Shown here in pieces: positions 31,497 through 32,000 of a stretch of DNA of 32,000 bases. Location: the sequence record MN096367.1. One strand, 5' to 3'. Numbering within the stretch: the first letter of the stretch is position 1; each line of letters opens with the position of its first letter. The stretch comes from Microbacterium phage Nucci. The notes under the pieces are model-generated. The model did no database searches and was not told the DNA's origin. It saw only the letters and a list, made by a program, of their open reading frames with translations. The position numbers and the translations under genes are program-made.

Positions 31497-31526
31497 CGGA
31501 TGCTGCTGGGCGTGTGCTAGGGTGGG
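31497..31526 (+). promoter_or_regulatory. Rightward promoter TTGCGG-N18-TAGGGT (extended -10 TGC)
   Basis: Same consensus as the leftward family but on the plus strand, 46 nt upstream of ATG 31573. Confidence 0.5.
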
Positions 31527-31572
31527 TGCAGCGCCCAAGGCAGGGCGTTCCACAGTTCAAGGAGTCCACACC

Positions 31573-31722
31573 ATGAGCAACACACTTGAGAAGCCGGTCA
31601 CGCAGACCATCCCGGTTCAGCTGAAGACCATCACTCGGATGGGTGAGGTTCGGCCCAGCGATCCCCGTTACGTTCAGCCTGTGAGTGCAAGGTCGCACCT
31701 GATGAACGCCGGGAGCCACTGA
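31573..31722 (+). CDS. Small hypothetical protein
   Basis: MSNTLEKPVTQTIPVQLKTITRMGEVRPSDPRYVQPVSARSHLMNAGSH; AAGGAG upstream. Confidence 0.55.
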   Translation: MSNTLEKPVTQTIPVQLKTITRMGEVRPSDPRYVQPVSARSHLMNAGSH

Positions 31723-32000
31723 TGGGGAAGCAGTCGCTTCGGGATGTCGGGCGTTCGCACATGTCCAAGGACCAGCAGGTGATGGCTCGGGAGATGTCTC
31801 AGCCGAAGTCGCTTGCCAGCGTCATGGACCAGGTGGTCGGTCGGTCCAAGGCTGATCCGGCTGTGGAGGCGCTCGCGCTTCAGATCATTGAGACGGGGCC
31901 AGACCTTCGGCTGGGCATGCGGGAGTGGCGTGCCGTGCAGGATCTGGTCGAGGCGGGCATCGTCGCCGGGATGGCCAAGGCCGGTCCAACGCCTCGCTAG
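31722..32000 (+). CDS. Hypothetical 92 aa protein
   Basis: MGKQSLRDVGRSHMSKDQQVMAREMSQPKSLASVMDQVVG...; TGATG overlap with the previous gene. Confidence 0.55.
   Translation: MGKQSLRDVGRSHMSKDQQVMAREMSQPKSLASVMDQVVGRSKADPAVEALALQIIETGPDLRLGMREWRAVQDLVEAGIVAGMAKAGPTPR

Noticed and set aside
31357-31572. N-terminal 72 aa of ORF 31357-31722
   Set aside because: Sequence upstream of MSNTLEK contains a promoter match and no Shine-Dalgarno for the first ATG; the ATG at 31573 has AAGGAG. Kept only as a refutation test for the intergenic-region idea.

Overview
This window looks like part of a tailed (siphovirus-type) actinobacteriophage genome. From the left, a rightward late block (about 2-12,366) encodes a tail tube protein, tail assembly chaperone with a probable frameshifted extension, tape measure, Dit, Tal/minor tail proteins, a GH18-like tail protein, an M15-type endolysin and two membrane proteins of holin type. 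A perfect 12-bp hairpin sits at the convergent boundary (12,378-12,419). A long leftward early block (12,427-31,171) encodes a primase/helicase, VRR-NUC nuclease, DUF669-like ssDNA-binding protein, Sak4-like ATPase, Cas4/RecB-like nuclease, family A DNA polymerase, SNF2-like helicase and MazG-like protein. The same block holds a candidate DNA base hypermodification set: a thymidylate synthase/hydroxymethylase homolog, a dNMP-kinase-like protein, a TET-associated-type glycosyltransferase and a 5-hmdU DNA kinase-like protein. Three further observations stand out. A family of near-identical promoters (TTGc-N17/18-TAnnCT) drives many tiny leftward genes, and two of them imply leaderless mRNAs. A tRNA-like element at 20,312-20,390 has a 15-nt anticodon loop. 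The GH18 barrel appears split by a large inserted region. All calls come from reading the sequence; no searches were run.
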